From the IMG/VR virus record IMGVR_UViG_3300027712_000018: DNA of 64,000 nt; one strand, given 5' to 3'. This document shows positions 49,831 to 58,087 of this stretch, piece after piece; position 1 is the stretch's first letter, and each line of letters begins with the position of its first letter. The position numbers were made by a program, and so were the translations under genes. Under the pieces are notes generated by a model that worked only from the letters and a program-made list of their open reading frames with translations, had not been told where the DNA came from and did no database searches. The stretch is from a virus.

Positions 49831-50428
49831 TCGGTTCGTCCTTATAGAAGATGTGGTTGTCTATACGTGAAGTACGAGAGTAATCAACATTCCACTTAGG
49901 ATCTACCTTTGTTGAGTGAAACATGATAGACCCATCAGTCGGATCCTCATATTTATTATAATTCAACATCACAGATTCGGCAATATGTAAAGCTTCGAAC
50001 CAAGCTTTGGTGTCTTTAGGTTTATCCGACTTACCGTCATTAGTCCAAGAGAACTGATCTTTCTCCCAAACCACATCACAGATCGTCTTTGGATAGTGAG
50101 TCGAATGTGTTCGATTTAGCGTGACCCAAGCCACAGCTGTTTGTCCTAGTTTGGATTCCCCTCTAGACTCAAAGTAAATATTGAGAGCTAAACATTTCTT
50201 CTGTTTAATATCTACAGCAGGAGGCGGTGGTATTGTTATAGTAGGTGTGACTACTAGTGGGAATTTTAATGACATATTAGTCATAGCAGTCGTATCGACA
50301 ATAGTATATTTAATCTCATCTGTAATGGGTTGATCATATGGTGCCTGTTTGGCACTTACACTTATCATTACCATACTAGTTATTATGGCAGTGGAAAGTA
50401 TAGTACCTAATGAGGTTATGATTCTCAT
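49823..50428 (-). CDS. SleB/Hydrolase_2-family cell wall hydrolase with N-terminal membrane/signal segment
   Basis: CLALNIYFESRGES..GQ.AVAWVTLNR..YP.TICDVV..QFSW...DPTDGS..FH...IDNHIFY. Confidence 0.9.
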   Translation of the reverse strand: MRIITSLGTILSTAIITSMVMISVSAKQAPYDQPITDEIKYTIVDTTAMTNMSLKFPLVVTPTITIPPPPAVDIKQKKCLALNIYFESRGESKLGQTAVAWVTLNRTHSTHYPKTICDVVWEKDQFSWTNDGKSDKPKDTKAWFEALHIAESVMLNYNKYEDPTDGSIMFHSTKVDPKWNVDYSRTSRIDNHIFYKDEPNG

Positions 50429-50460
50429 TAGATCTAATCCTTATATTGTTGCTATAGCTC

Positions 50461-50488
50461 ATTATACACACTCCTGAAGAGTTGTCAA
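50461..50488 (-). promoter_or_regulatory. Sigma70-type promoter TTGACA-N16-TATAAT
   Basis: Perfect hexamers upstream of the cell wall hydrolase. Confidence 0.8.
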
Positions 50489-50528
50489 CGAATAAATACT
50501 TATATGCAAAAAAGGTAGGATTGCTCAA

Positions 50529-50825
50529 ATGTCAGAAAAAAGCAGCCTTGATTATGATGGAGATGGCAAGATTTCAGAAGATGATATTAAAACAAAACAA
50601 GATCTGATAGAGATCGACAATCAAGACAAAAAAGAAGACCAGCAACGCCGTATGGCATGGCTGGCTATGGGGTCTATGGTTATCTTCACTGCCATGCTAT
50701 TCGTACCCTTGGTTAGTGTCGAACGACTACAGGCGATAGACAATATCTTGGGCATGTTTTACATTGCCCAAGCTGGTGTTGTTGCTACCTTCTTTGGAAG
50801 TCAGGCCTACCTGAGTAAGTCTTAG
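50529..50825 (+). CDS. Small two-TM membrane protein with EF-hand-like loop (holin candidate)
   Basis: DYDGDGKISEDD loop and two hydrophobic segments; late-promoter-like AATAAATA at 50491-50498. Confidence 0.55.
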   Translation: MSEKSSLDYDGDGKISEDDIKTKQDLIEIDNQDKKEDQQRRMAWLAMGSMVIFTAMLFVPLVSVERLQAIDNILGMFYIAQAGVVATFFGSQAYLSKS

Positions 50826-51772
50826 GCGGCTTCGGCCATTTCCAAAGCCAGTTCCAGAGCGTCAGTCTTCAACTTGCGGTTCAGACCGTACCAAGACGAC
50901 TGCAAGCGAGTGTCAGACGAGCGGCCAAGTTCGTGGTCAGTCATGAAGGTCACAGCGTTGAACGCCGACCACCAAGAACCTTCGGCGAATTCTGCACCGG
51001 GTTGTTCAACCAGTACTTCCATCGCACGATTGGCGGTGCGAGACAGCTCGCCTTTGTTCTTGTTCGACATACCCAACAGAGAACCAAAGTACTCTTTCAG
51101 AGTGTCTTCAGTGGTGCGCTTCGAACCAAGGAAGGAAGCCATCTCTTTGTACTCAGCCATCTTGAAGTGGGCCACGCCCATCATCTCCTTGACCGCATCC
51201 GCATCAAACTGACGGCGGTGGTTCAACTTCACGGCGTTGGTCGCCGTTTGGTTCAACGACAGGGTCAGAGTGTTGTTGCAGACCACACGAATCGGCGTGA
51301 AGCGGATGTCAATGGTCTTACCGTACTGGTGGGGGTTGGAGAACAACATGTAGCTGTCAACCTTGTCACCGTTGAAGAGTTCGAACGAGTCATCAACCTT
51401 GGCCAGAGCCCAGATGATTTCGCCGTTCTTCAACGAACCAGCGGTGTGCATCTTCATCTTACCCACGTCAGTGAAGTCTTTGAAGAACTCGAAGGCTTCC
51501 TCGTTCTGGACAGGGTGCCAGCCTTTGCCGACCTGAGTCAGAACACGACCGTCAGTTTCACGGATCAGAGCCTTCATGCCAGTCGGAACCTTACGACCGT
51601 TGAACTCTGCGAAGGTATCGACCTCTTGCACCTTCCAATCAACACCCGCAGCCTTCATCATCTCAGCGGGGGCCAGATCATCGGCGACTTGAACGCCGAG
51701 ACCGTGCCAAGGGGTTTCACCGACGAACGCCATCTGAGCAACGCCGTTTACGAATTCAAGTTCATGAGCCAT
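50822..51772 (-). CDS. DUF932 (DUF945/TIGR03299-type) protein
   Basis: MAFVGETPWHGLG, PVQNEEAFEFF, TAGSLKNG..WALA, TPIRVVCNNTL and GSWWSAFNAVT. Confidence 0.88.
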   Translation of the reverse strand: MAHELEFVNGVAQMAFVGETPWHGLGVQVADDLAPAEMMKAAGVDWKVQEVDTFAEFNGRKVPTGMKALIRETDGRVLTQVGKGWHPVQNEEAFEFFKDFTDVGKMKMHTAGSLKNGEIIWALAKVDDSFELFNGDKVDSYMLFSNPHQYGKTIDIRFTPIRVVCNNTLTLSLNQTATNAVKLNHRRQFDADAVKEMMGVAHFKMAEYKEMASFLGSKRTTEDTLKEYFGSLLGMSNKNKGELSRTANRAMEVLVEQPGAEFAEGSWWSAFNAVTFMTDHELGRSSDTRLQSSWYGLNRKLKTDALELALEMAEAA

Positions 51773-51815
51773 TTTGTAGTCCTCTTTCTGTGTGTGTTTT
51801 GTTCGTTACTATTAC

Positions 51816-51843
51816 AATATAGTCGATTCTGACGGAATGTCAA
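51816..51843 (-). promoter_or_regulatory. Early promoter cassette copy (TTGACA-N16-TATATT)
   Basis: TTGACATTCCGTCAGAATCGACTATATT upstream of DUF932. Confidence 0.75.
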
Positions 51844-52022
51844 CACTTATTTTGAAAAAATTTCACAATCTTGAAGTCCAGATCGGTCAACTTTTTCACA
51901 TAGGGAAGGCCTTGGTGACACAACAGGTCACCGACACGAGCGAACTCGTTAGCGATCTTGTCGTTGGGATAGGTCTGTGCGACAGTCATCATACGGTCGC
52001 CGAGGGTCTGAAGTTTGTTCAC
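51840..52022 (-). CDS. Hypothetical early protein
   Basis: AGGAG RBS; stop TGA lies inside the next promoter's -35 box. Confidence 0.55.
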   Translation of the reverse strand: MNKLQTLGDRMMTVAQTYPNDKIANEFARVGDLLCHQGLPYVKKLTDLDFKIVKFFQNKC

Positions 52023-52051
52023 GATAGCTCCTTTTCGCTTCCTACATACTC

Positions 52052-52079
52052 AATATAGTCATTTTCAAAAGAATGTCAA
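52052..52079 (-). promoter_or_regulatory. Early promoter cassette copy
   Basis: TTGACATTCTTTTGAAAATGACTATATT. Confidence 0.8.
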
Positions 52080-52089
52080 GCCATTCGAC

Positions 52090-52114
52090 AAAAAAAGATC
52101 GCCCGAAGGCGATT
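52090..52114 (-). terminator. Rho-independent terminator
   Basis: ATCGCC-TTCG-GGCGAT-CTTTTTTT directly upstream of a promoter cassette. Confidence 0.8.
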
Positions 52115-52116
52115 AT

Positions 52117-52353
52117 TTAGTAGATATATTTGTCTCGAAAGGTCGCTTTCGGAAAGATCCGCTTCAGCGCCGTGACGATGTGTGCATCAGTCACCGTTCG
52201 ATCACCGTAGGCGTTTTCAAGGCATCCCGCTCGCCGTGCAGCTGCCCACGCATCTGCTCCTAGTCGAATGTCCTCGACGGTCAGAGATTTCTCTTTGAGA
52301 TAAGCTTCGACCATACCAGACCAACGCTTCACAGTCTCAGAATTGAACTTCAT
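52117..52353 (-). CDS. Hypothetical early protein
   Basis: 78-aa ORF, ATGA-coupled; DAHIVTALKRIFP motif. Confidence 0.55.
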   Translation of the reverse strand: MKFNSETVKRWSGMVEAYLKEKSLTVEDIRLGADAWAAARRAGCLENAYGDRTVTDAHIVTALKRIFPKATFRDKYIY

Positions 52354-52532
52354 TTGAAGCCTCCAATGGGAGAGTAAGTTGCAACGATCTTACCCGTGTT
52401 TATTTCGACGATGTTACACTCGAAGCCGCAGGCCACAGCCTTCGCTTTCGCAGCCGCAAGGTCAGTGAACTTCTTGCCGAGAGAGTAGCCGAAGTTGTAG
52501 AAGTGAATGTCGAGCATCTTATAACCCCTCAA
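52350..52532 (-). CDS. Hypothetical early protein
   Basis: Short ORF in a coupled operon; true start may be the internal MLDIHF. Confidence 0.5.
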   Translation of the reverse strand: MRGYKMLDIHFYNFGYSLGKKFTDLAAAKAKAVACGFECNIVEINTGKIVATYSPIGGFK

Positions 52533-52737
52533 AGTAACGGATGTCAGCTTCGGTAGTGTGCGGATCTTCCGCCTGAATTCGACGAACGAGTTCGTCCCAC
52601 AACGAGTCAGCTTTACGCAGGATCATGTCGGCGAGACTGTAGGCTTCGTTGGCGAACGCCGTCTCGCTGTTCTTGCGGAGCAACGGAATGGCGGTGCGGA
52701 TCTGGTCAAGTGTCAGGTCTTCGTAGGACATCATCAT
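52519..52737 (-). CDS. Hypothetical early protein
   Basis: GAGGAG RBS + ATGATGATG directly behind a promoter cassette. Confidence 0.6.
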   Translation of the reverse strand: MMMSYEDLTLDQIRTAIPLLRKNSETAFANEAYSLADMILRKADSLWDELVRRIQAEDPHTTEADIRYFEGL

Positions 52738-52756
52738 CTCCTCTGTCTACACTACT

Positions 52757-52784
52757 AATATAGTCATTTTGAAAAGAATGTCAA
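52757..52784 (-). promoter_or_regulatory. Early promoter cassette copy
   Basis: TTGACATTCTTTTCAAAATGACTATATT followed by AGTAGTGTAGACAGAGGAG. Confidence 0.8.
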
Positions 52785-52807
52785 GCCCCTTCGCCAACTT
52801 TTTTCGA

Positions 52808-53158
52808 TTATTCTGCCATGGCGTAGGCGATGGAGATTTTCATCTCCATCAGATCCTCGATTTGTTTGAACCCGAAACTGTCCACGATGAACGTGCCTTC
52901 GGGGCTGACGAAGATGTCGCCGACAGAGGCACTATAACCATTATCCATCTTGCGAAGTGTTACGCCGAGATACCCGTTACCCATGTTGGCAACATCAAAT
53001 GCAATCTCAAGATTGTCGGTATCGACCTCGAACTGTGGTGTGTAGAAGTTTACGAACTCAGTCTGCCACTTGTCGGCGCCGAGCATCATCGCATACTTCG
53101 CCTCTTTCTGTTCTTCAGAAGCGAAGTACGTCCAGCGGTTTTGATAGATCGTGATCAT
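52808..53158 (-). CDS. Hypothetical early protein with YodL-like motif
   Basis: SASVGDIFV...FIVDSFGF..I resembles the YodL-like S.SVGD/VDxxGF signature. Confidence 0.5.
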   Translation of the reverse strand: MITIYQNRWTYFASEEQKEAKYAMMLGADKWQTEFVNFYTPQFEVDTDNLEIAFDVANMGNGYLGVTLRKMDNGYSASVGDIFVSPEGTFIVDSFGFKQIEDLMEMKISIAYAMAE

Positions 53159-53169
53159 GTTATATCTCC

Positions 53170-53322
53170 TTACAGATCAACCATAGTCCAAACACGGTCA
53201 GCCAGTTGTGCATCTTCTTTTAACATGATCCACAACGCTTTCGGGATCACTTGGAGCCCTTTCGAAGCATTTGTTTTCGCATAGTCGTTATAGGTCGGGT
53301 GTTCCCAAGCAGCCATCATCAT
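53170..53322 (-). CDS. Hypothetical early protein (50 aa, not in ORF track)
   Basis: GAGGAG + ATGATGATG behind a promoter cassette; MMMAAWEHPTYNDYAK...WTMVDL. Confidence 0.55.
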   Translation of the reverse strand: MMMAAWEHPTYNDYAKTNASKGLQVIPKALWIMLKEDAQLADRVWTMVDL

Positions 53323-53341
53323 CTCCTCTGTCTACACTACT

Positions 53342-53369
53342 AATATAGTCATTCTGGCGAGAATGTCAA
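53342..53369 (-). promoter_or_regulatory. Early promoter cassette copy
   Basis: TTGACATTCTCGCCAGAATGACTATATT. Confidence 0.8.
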
Positions 53370-53602
53370 GCCTCTACTTCATTTTTATTTTGAACTTTTT
53401 CGATTCGAACCAACTTGTGTTCTGTCTCGCAGATGTTGTCAAAATCCTCTTCGTCGATGACGTACTGGCTGTGTTCGACTACGTAACTGATACGGCGATC
53501 AATCTCTTCTGAAGCCCAACCCCAAGCCTCCCATTCCGTATCGAAGTATTTGATGGTCGGATTCGAATCAGTGTAGTAGGTTGGGTAAGTCACTTTGTAC
53601 AT
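53366..53602 (-). CDS. Hypothetical early protein
   Basis: Likely start MYKVTYP at 53602 with AGGAG RBS; stop lies in the promoter -35 box. Confidence 0.55.
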   Translation of the reverse strand: MYKVTYPTYYTDSNPTIKYFDTEWEAWGWASEEIDRRISYVVEHSQYVIDEEDFDNICETEHKLVRIEKVQNKNEVEA

Positions 53603-53739
53603 TCTGTACTCCTTTTGTATCCATCCCAGATGGCTCGACGATAACCGGGGCTCAGTTGATACCACTGCTCTTGTGTCATATCGCAATCAGGCGGTGGTTC
53701 AGTTGGTGTTGGCGGGGCTTTGTAGGTCCAAAAACTCAT
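53590..53739 (-). CDS. Hypothetical protein (49 aa, not in ORF track)
   Basis: MSFWTYKAPPTPTEPPPDCDMTQEQWYQLSPGYRRAIWDGY...; ATGA-coupled to the upstream stop. Confidence 0.45.
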   Translation of the reverse strand: MSFWTYKAPPTPTEPPPDCDMTQEQWYQLSPGYRRAIWDGYKRSTECTK

Positions 53740-54107
53740 AGACCCAACAACTTCTTTTCTTCTTCCGACAACTTCGACAAGGCTGCGGAACGAACGTCTC
53801 GCTTTCGTTGTTCTTCAAGTTTGTGCGCTTCAAGAAGGTCTAGAGTCCAACCCATTTCATCTAAGACATTGTCGTCTTCAAGAGAGAAGTTGTAAGCGAC
53901 ACGGAAACCGTCTTCGCCGTCTGGACGCAAGAGATTGAAACCCATCCAAGTCGCCGTTGCAACAGGAACAACTTCGTAGCCGAAGTGGTGCGCCCGACTC
54001 AAAGCCCGCATGAGTTTACGTGGATATTCCTTGGTGAGTTGTACCACCATCTCTTCTTGCTCTGCGGCTTCACGAAGCAGACGCTCTGTTTTAGTTTCAC
54101 GTGCCAT
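53736..54107 (-). CDS. Hypothetical early protein
   Basis: MARETK...; C-terminal ALSKLSEEEKKLLGL motif common in phage early proteins. Confidence 0.6.
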   Translation of the reverse strand: MARETKTERLLREAAEQEEMVVQLTKEYPRKLMRALSRAHHFGYEVVPVATATWMGFNLLRPDGEDGFRVAYNFSLEDDNVLDEMGWTLDLLEAHKLEEQRKRDVRSAALSKLSEEEKKLLGL

Positions 54108-54108
54108 A

Positions 54109-54291
54109 TCACATTCCATTTTCTTTGAGAAGTTTGCGATAAGTGGGATGCCACTTGATCACCTTTAGTTTGCGGTAGGGTAATGAAACATAGGCATCAG
54201 TCTTGCCTTCACGAGCAAGTGCGATGCGAATCGCTTGCTTCATCAAGTCCTGACGAAATCCAATATCAATCATATGACAGATGTCGCTCAT
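54109..54291 (-). CDS. Hypothetical early protein
   Basis: First ORF behind the promoter cassette at 54320. Confidence 0.55.
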   Translation of the reverse strand: MSDICHMIDIGFRQDLMKQAIRIALAREGKTDAYVSLPYRKLKVIKWHPTYRKLLKENGM

Positions 54292-54319
54292 TTGGTTCCC
54301 TTTCGTCCCCTACAGTCTC

Positions 54320-54347
54320 AATATAGTCATTTTCAAAAGAATGTCAA
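54320..54347 (-). promoter_or_regulatory. Early promoter cassette copy
   Basis: TTGACATTCTTTTGAAAATGACTATATT. Confidence 0.8.
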
Positions 54348-54360
54348 GCCGTATTTTCGA

Positions 54361-55764
54361 TTATTCGATAAATTTTTCTAGACCAACCAATTCCTTCTCT
54401 ACGGGATCTTCTTCGTAGTCGGTTGGATCGGCCGATTCAATTCTGGCTTCTGCAATCTTCATGTAGTTTGGATCAAGCTCGATACCGACAAACCTAAAGT
54501 TTTCTAAAACAGCGGCCTTGCCAGTCGATCCAGAACCCATGAATGGGTCTAAGACGATTCCGTTAGGAGGCGTCACCAATCGGCATAGGTATCGCATAAG
54601 GTCAGTAGGCTTGACGGTAGGGTGGAAATTCGTCGCCGTATTCCAACGACCATATGGGTTTCCAGTTTCCCCAGCATCAGCCTTGGACGTATGGTTAGGG
54701 CGAAACTCGGCGCCTGCCTTACGGTGTTCAGCCATGCCTTCCATTCCTTCATTACGATCTTTCTTGGAAGTCTTGGCGCAATAGAAGAAACGAGCGGCTG
54801 AACCACCATCATTGTAACCTTCCCACGGAACTCGACCATATTCACCGTAACAGTTGGCATTTTCGTCGCCAGTTTTGCTCTGTTCTTTGCCTGATACATT
54901 ACCACCAGATTTTGCGTTTGGGAAAAGGGAAACGACTTCTTCGCTACCATCATGGATGAAGTTGGCAGGGAAACGCCCCAATGTTTCAGAACGAGCCGTT
55001 GATGCTAGGCTACGTTCTGCGGAAATAGCGACAGAATCTGTGTCTTGCATCCACGGGCGTTGCCATCCTTCATGCTTTCCAGACCTATCAACTTCGGCAC
55101 TATTGTTTCCACCGCCAAGCTTCTCCCCCATATGAGGCACACGGCAATCATCAATATTGATACCACCAGTTCCATACTTCAATACATTAGCGGCAACAGT
55201 CTTTTCTTCTAACGGCTTTCTTGCAACAGTGATTGGTTCTAATGCGGGCTTTAGCGCAGTCCCCCAACCTTCCCATTGTTTTGCTTCATCTGTGGCTGGA
55301 ACGCTCACGCTTGGTTGATATTCTCGACCATTGTCTTTGATCCAAGAACCAGTGGCGTTTTGATCTGCACCGGGAATCATACGTTTTACTGCGTTACCAA
55401 CTGGTGTGAGATTTCGTTCTGCACCAGCAGATTTATCAATCGCTTTGCTAACGTCCATCGACTTAGGAAACCCCGAACCATACACCCATGCAATCATATC
55501 ACGAATTTCAAAACCCGCATCTTCGATACGAACCGCCATACGATGTTGAGTACGTGTTCCAGCAAATGCTAACAGATACCCACCCGGTTTCAGAACCCGC
55601 AAGGCTTCCTCCCAAATCTCTTGAGAAGGAACATCATAGTCCCATTTCTTTCCCATGAAGGAAAGTCCATAAGGTGGATCAGTAACAATGCTATCAACAC
55701 TGTTACTTTCCATGGTTTTCATAACGTCTAGGCAGTTGCCGTTGTGTAGGGTAAATGTTTTCAT
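54361..55764 (-). CDS. DNA methyltransferase, N6-adenine/N4-cytosine, beta class
   Basis: Catalytic TDPPY near the N-terminus; HPTVKP and VLDPFMGSGSTG SAM-binding motif near the C-terminus. Confidence 0.92.
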   Translation of the reverse strand: MKTFTLHNGNCLDVMKTMESNSVDSIVTDPPYGLSFMGKKWDYDVPSQEIWEEALRVLKPGGYLLAFAGTRTQHRMAVRIEDAGFEIRDMIAWVYGSGFPKSMDVSKAIDKSAGAERNLTPVGNAVKRMIPGADQNATGSWIKDNGREYQPSVSVPATDEAKQWEGWGTALKPALEPITVARKPLEEKTVAANVLKYGTGGINIDDCRVPHMGEKLGGGNNSAEVDRSGKHEGWQRPWMQDTDSVAISAERSLASTARSETLGRFPANFIHDGSEEVVSLFPNAKSGGNVSGKEQSKTGDENANCYGEYGRVPWEGYNDGGSAARFFYCAKTSKKDRNEGMEGMAEHRKAGAEFRPNHTSKADAGETGNPYGRWNTATNFHPTVKPTDLMRYLCRLVTPPNGIVLDPFMGSGSTGKAAVLENFRFVGIELDPNYMKIAEARIESADPTDYEEDPVEKELVGLEKFIE

Positions 55765-55774
55765 GTCTTGGCCT

Positions 55775-56893
55775 TTATCTGATAATGTCGATTTTGTTCA
55801 TGGTTTCTTCGGTCCAGATCTCTTGCTCGTGTCGAACCTTGCCTTCGGCGGTAAGAGTCTGATACCGACTAGACGCCTTCCTTTGCCACCAAGCGATCAT
55901 GCTCGCCAGATGATGCTTGTCATAGTTCTCTTTACTCTTGACGAGCTTCGAAGTTTGACCCAACAACACCTCACGGGTGTTCTCAAACCCATAGGTGGAC
56001 ATGTAGAAGCGCTTCTGTGTGGTGATGTCGGTGCTGACCTTGACCGCTGCCACAAACTGATCGTAGAGGGTCTTATCGTGTCTCTTGAGTTCCTGCTTGA
56101 CGATGCTGACCATCTTCGTTTGCATCTTCAACTTTCTCGACGATTCGGTTCTTGCCACCAAAGGCTCGTCATCGTTTCTCTTCGTGAACCATAGATTCAT
56201 TTCATTATAAAACTCATCTGACAGTGTCAACATGAACTTGCTCTCAGTGTCGCCTGTGTGACGAATGAATGGCTTTAGTCCATCGTATTGACTAGTCCCC
56301 TTGATGCTACCGTACAGTGACGTAGTCTCGAACAGGCACGTATCCATCTCAGGATACTTCTTGTTGACCATCTCACGAACTTCGTGTGAACTACAGACCA
56401 AGGATAACAGTTTGCCGCCTAGGTAGTTAAACCCAAACGGTTGAGTCGGCACAATGATGTAACCCATAATAGCATGACGGTTAAACACCTTCAGATCTGG
56501 CACGCCGCCAAGCCAGTCGTTTCTAGGTTTGGAATTGATCAGAGGCGATGCTAGTTTGATGAACCCAACATAGGTGTTGGTGTTCTTCTCTTTGACGCCG
56601 AGCTTCAATTGCTTACCGGGACTGCTCTCGTAAGTGAACGAGGCAGTCATCTCAAGCATGGTGTCGAACTGAGAATTGGCGACTTCGACGACCTCGAAGT
56701 CCATATCATTCGGAAGCATGTTGAAGTTGGAGAACATATCACCTTCGAACCCAAACCCAGCCAGAGTTGTGGGTAAGGATCTGATACGGTCTATCTTCTT
56801 CATACGAAAGTATTCTTCTATAGTTGAATACTTCTGCATGTAGTCAATGAACCTTGACGCTACGTATGTAGTATCATCTTTACTGAGCTCCAT
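55775..56893 (-). CDS. DUF4338 / Druantia DruA-like protein
   Basis: IVPTQPFGFNYLGGKLLSLVCSSHEVR, FETTSLYG...SQYDGL and GDTES pattern. Confidence 0.7.
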   Translation of the reverse strand: MELSKDDTTYVASRFIDYMQKYSTIEEYFRMKKIDRIRSLPTTLAGFGFEGDMFSNFNMLPNDMDFEVVEVANSQFDTMLEMTASFTYESSPGKQLKLGVKEKNTNTYVGFIKLASPLINSKPRNDWLGGVPDLKVFNRHAIMGYIIVPTQPFGFNYLGGKLLSLVCSSHEVREMVNKKYPEMDTCLFETTSLYGSIKGTSQYDGLKPFIRHTGDTESKFMLTLSDEFYNEMNLWFTKRNDDEPLVARTESSRKLKMQTKMVSIVKQELKRHDKTLYDQFVAAVKVSTDITTQKRFYMSTYGFENTREVLLGQTSKLVKSKENYDKHHLASMIAWWQRKASSRYQTLTAEGKVRHEQEIWTEETMNKIDIIR

Positions 56894-57488
56894 CCAATAT
56901 CTCCTGTTTTTCTTTTACTTTTGTTCCCAACTCGACAAGCCAATTTTCAATCGCATTTTTAATCGCATCTGCAAGTGACGACATTTGGACGTTTACAGTA
57001 TCCACATTCTTAAAAATGAAAATCAACTTAGCATGTGGAATGATGGCGTCAATACCGTCTCCCGCAGCCTCCAAACATGGCTTAAGATCTTCCCAACTAA
57101 TGATGGCCATCGCATCTTCTTGGCCGATCAAGTAGAAATCGGCAGGATTTTCGATATTGATACCTTTGTTGGACCCACGACTGTTTTTGATTCGAATGCG
57201 AGTAGTTTTGACTGGATTCCCACGTTCTGAAATCATGGAATAACTAGCAAACTTGAATTCTACTTTAAACCCACGCTTTTTATCAATGTGATCGTAACCG
57301 ACTTGATCGACTGCCTCTAGACGATAGTTTGAAGCTATTTCGACCACTTTTTCCATCACATTACCCTTGATGGGCAAATAGATTCGTCCATTAAGCTCTT
57401 TCGCAACAGACTTAGCGCCTGCGCTATATATTTGCTCGTTAATCACATCATTCAAGATGTCTGCATATGTAGCGGTATCCATTACCAT
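56880..57488 (-). CDS. Putative PD-(D/E)XK endonuclease
   Basis: Start reassigned to 57488 (AGGAG RBS, own promoter); E...GYDHID.....VEFK catalytic-like motif. Confidence 0.5.
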   Translation of the reverse strand: MVMDTATYADILNDVINEQIYSAGAKSVAKELNGRIYLPIKGNVMEKVVEIASNYRLEAVDQVGYDHIDKKRGFKVEFKFASYSMISERGNPVKTTRIRIKNSRGSNKGINIENPADFYLIGQEDAMAIISWEDLKPCLEAAGDGIDAIIPHAKLIFIFKNVDTVNVQMSSLADAIKNAIENWLVELGTKVKEKQEILDGAQ

Positions 57489-57506
57489 TCTCCTTTGTTC
57501 ATAACA

Positions 57507-57535
57507 ATAATAGCATGTCAATTGACCGTTGTCAA
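57507..57535 (-). promoter_or_regulatory. Sigma70-type promoter TTGACA-N17-TATTAT
   Basis: Directly upstream of the nuclease/DruA-like/MTase operon; -35 box overlaps the DenV-like stop codon. Confidence 0.7.
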
Positions 57536-58035
57536 GCGGCTTTTTGAAACCAAGACGGAATTTCCCGCTTGGTCCAAACCATCTTGAAACGGTCTTGCTT
57601 GGTCTGATAGAACTCACGGTAGGATCGTACAGGATCTTCGGGGTGAATACACTCAGGATTACTACCCATGGCCAGAGCGAAGGCGGTACGGTAGTTGGTG
57701 GGGATGTTTGTGGGGTAGTTTGACACTACGTTGCGTAGTAGGGAGTCTGACTTGTGAACCTTACCGTAACGGTGCGTATACTCGTCACACAACGCTACAA
57801 AGTGTTGGTAGAGCCACCAGTAGTTGCCGGTGGTCTTACGTGCCCACACGGTACAGGGATGGTTGGCATGACAGGTTCGATACAGGATGTCGGGTTGGCG
57901 AACCTTGTCACCGTCTAACAGACGATGGACAGCGCAAAGCATCTGAGCCGACTCGACGATCATCTTGACGACATGCTTGTCACATTGCATCTTGGCCGCA
58001 AGAACGGGGTCTTCTGATAACACAAAAATGTTCAT
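57532..58035 (-). CDS. Pyrimidine-dimer DNA glycosylase (DenV/endonuclease V-like)
   Basis: MNIFVL..DP..AA..QCDKHVVKMIVESAQML, HANHPCTVW and EYTHRYGKVH. Confidence 0.8.
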   Translation of the reverse strand: MNIFVLSEDPVLAAKMQCDKHVVKMIVESAQMLCAVHRLLDGDKVRQPDILYRTCHANHPCTVWARKTTGNYWWLYQHFVALCDEYTHRYGKVHKSDSLLRNVVSNYPTNIPTNYRTAFALAMGSNPECIHPEDPVRSYREFYQTKQDRFKMVWTKREIPSWFQKAA

Positions 58036-58059
58036 GATGTATCCTTTGTCTACACTATC

Positions 58060-58087
58060 AATATAAACATTTTTGAAAGAATGTCAA
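58060..58087 (-). promoter_or_regulatory. Early promoter cassette copy
   Basis: TTGACATTCTTTCAAAAATGTTTATATT. Confidence 0.75.

Noticed and set aside
50933-51832. 299-aa + strand ORF
   Set aside because: Antisense to the clear DUF932 gene; explained by codon bias.
57489-57617. N-terminal extension of ORF 56880-57617
   Set aside because: It overlaps the DenV-like gene and the promoter. The RBS and promoter support a start at 57488 or 57482.
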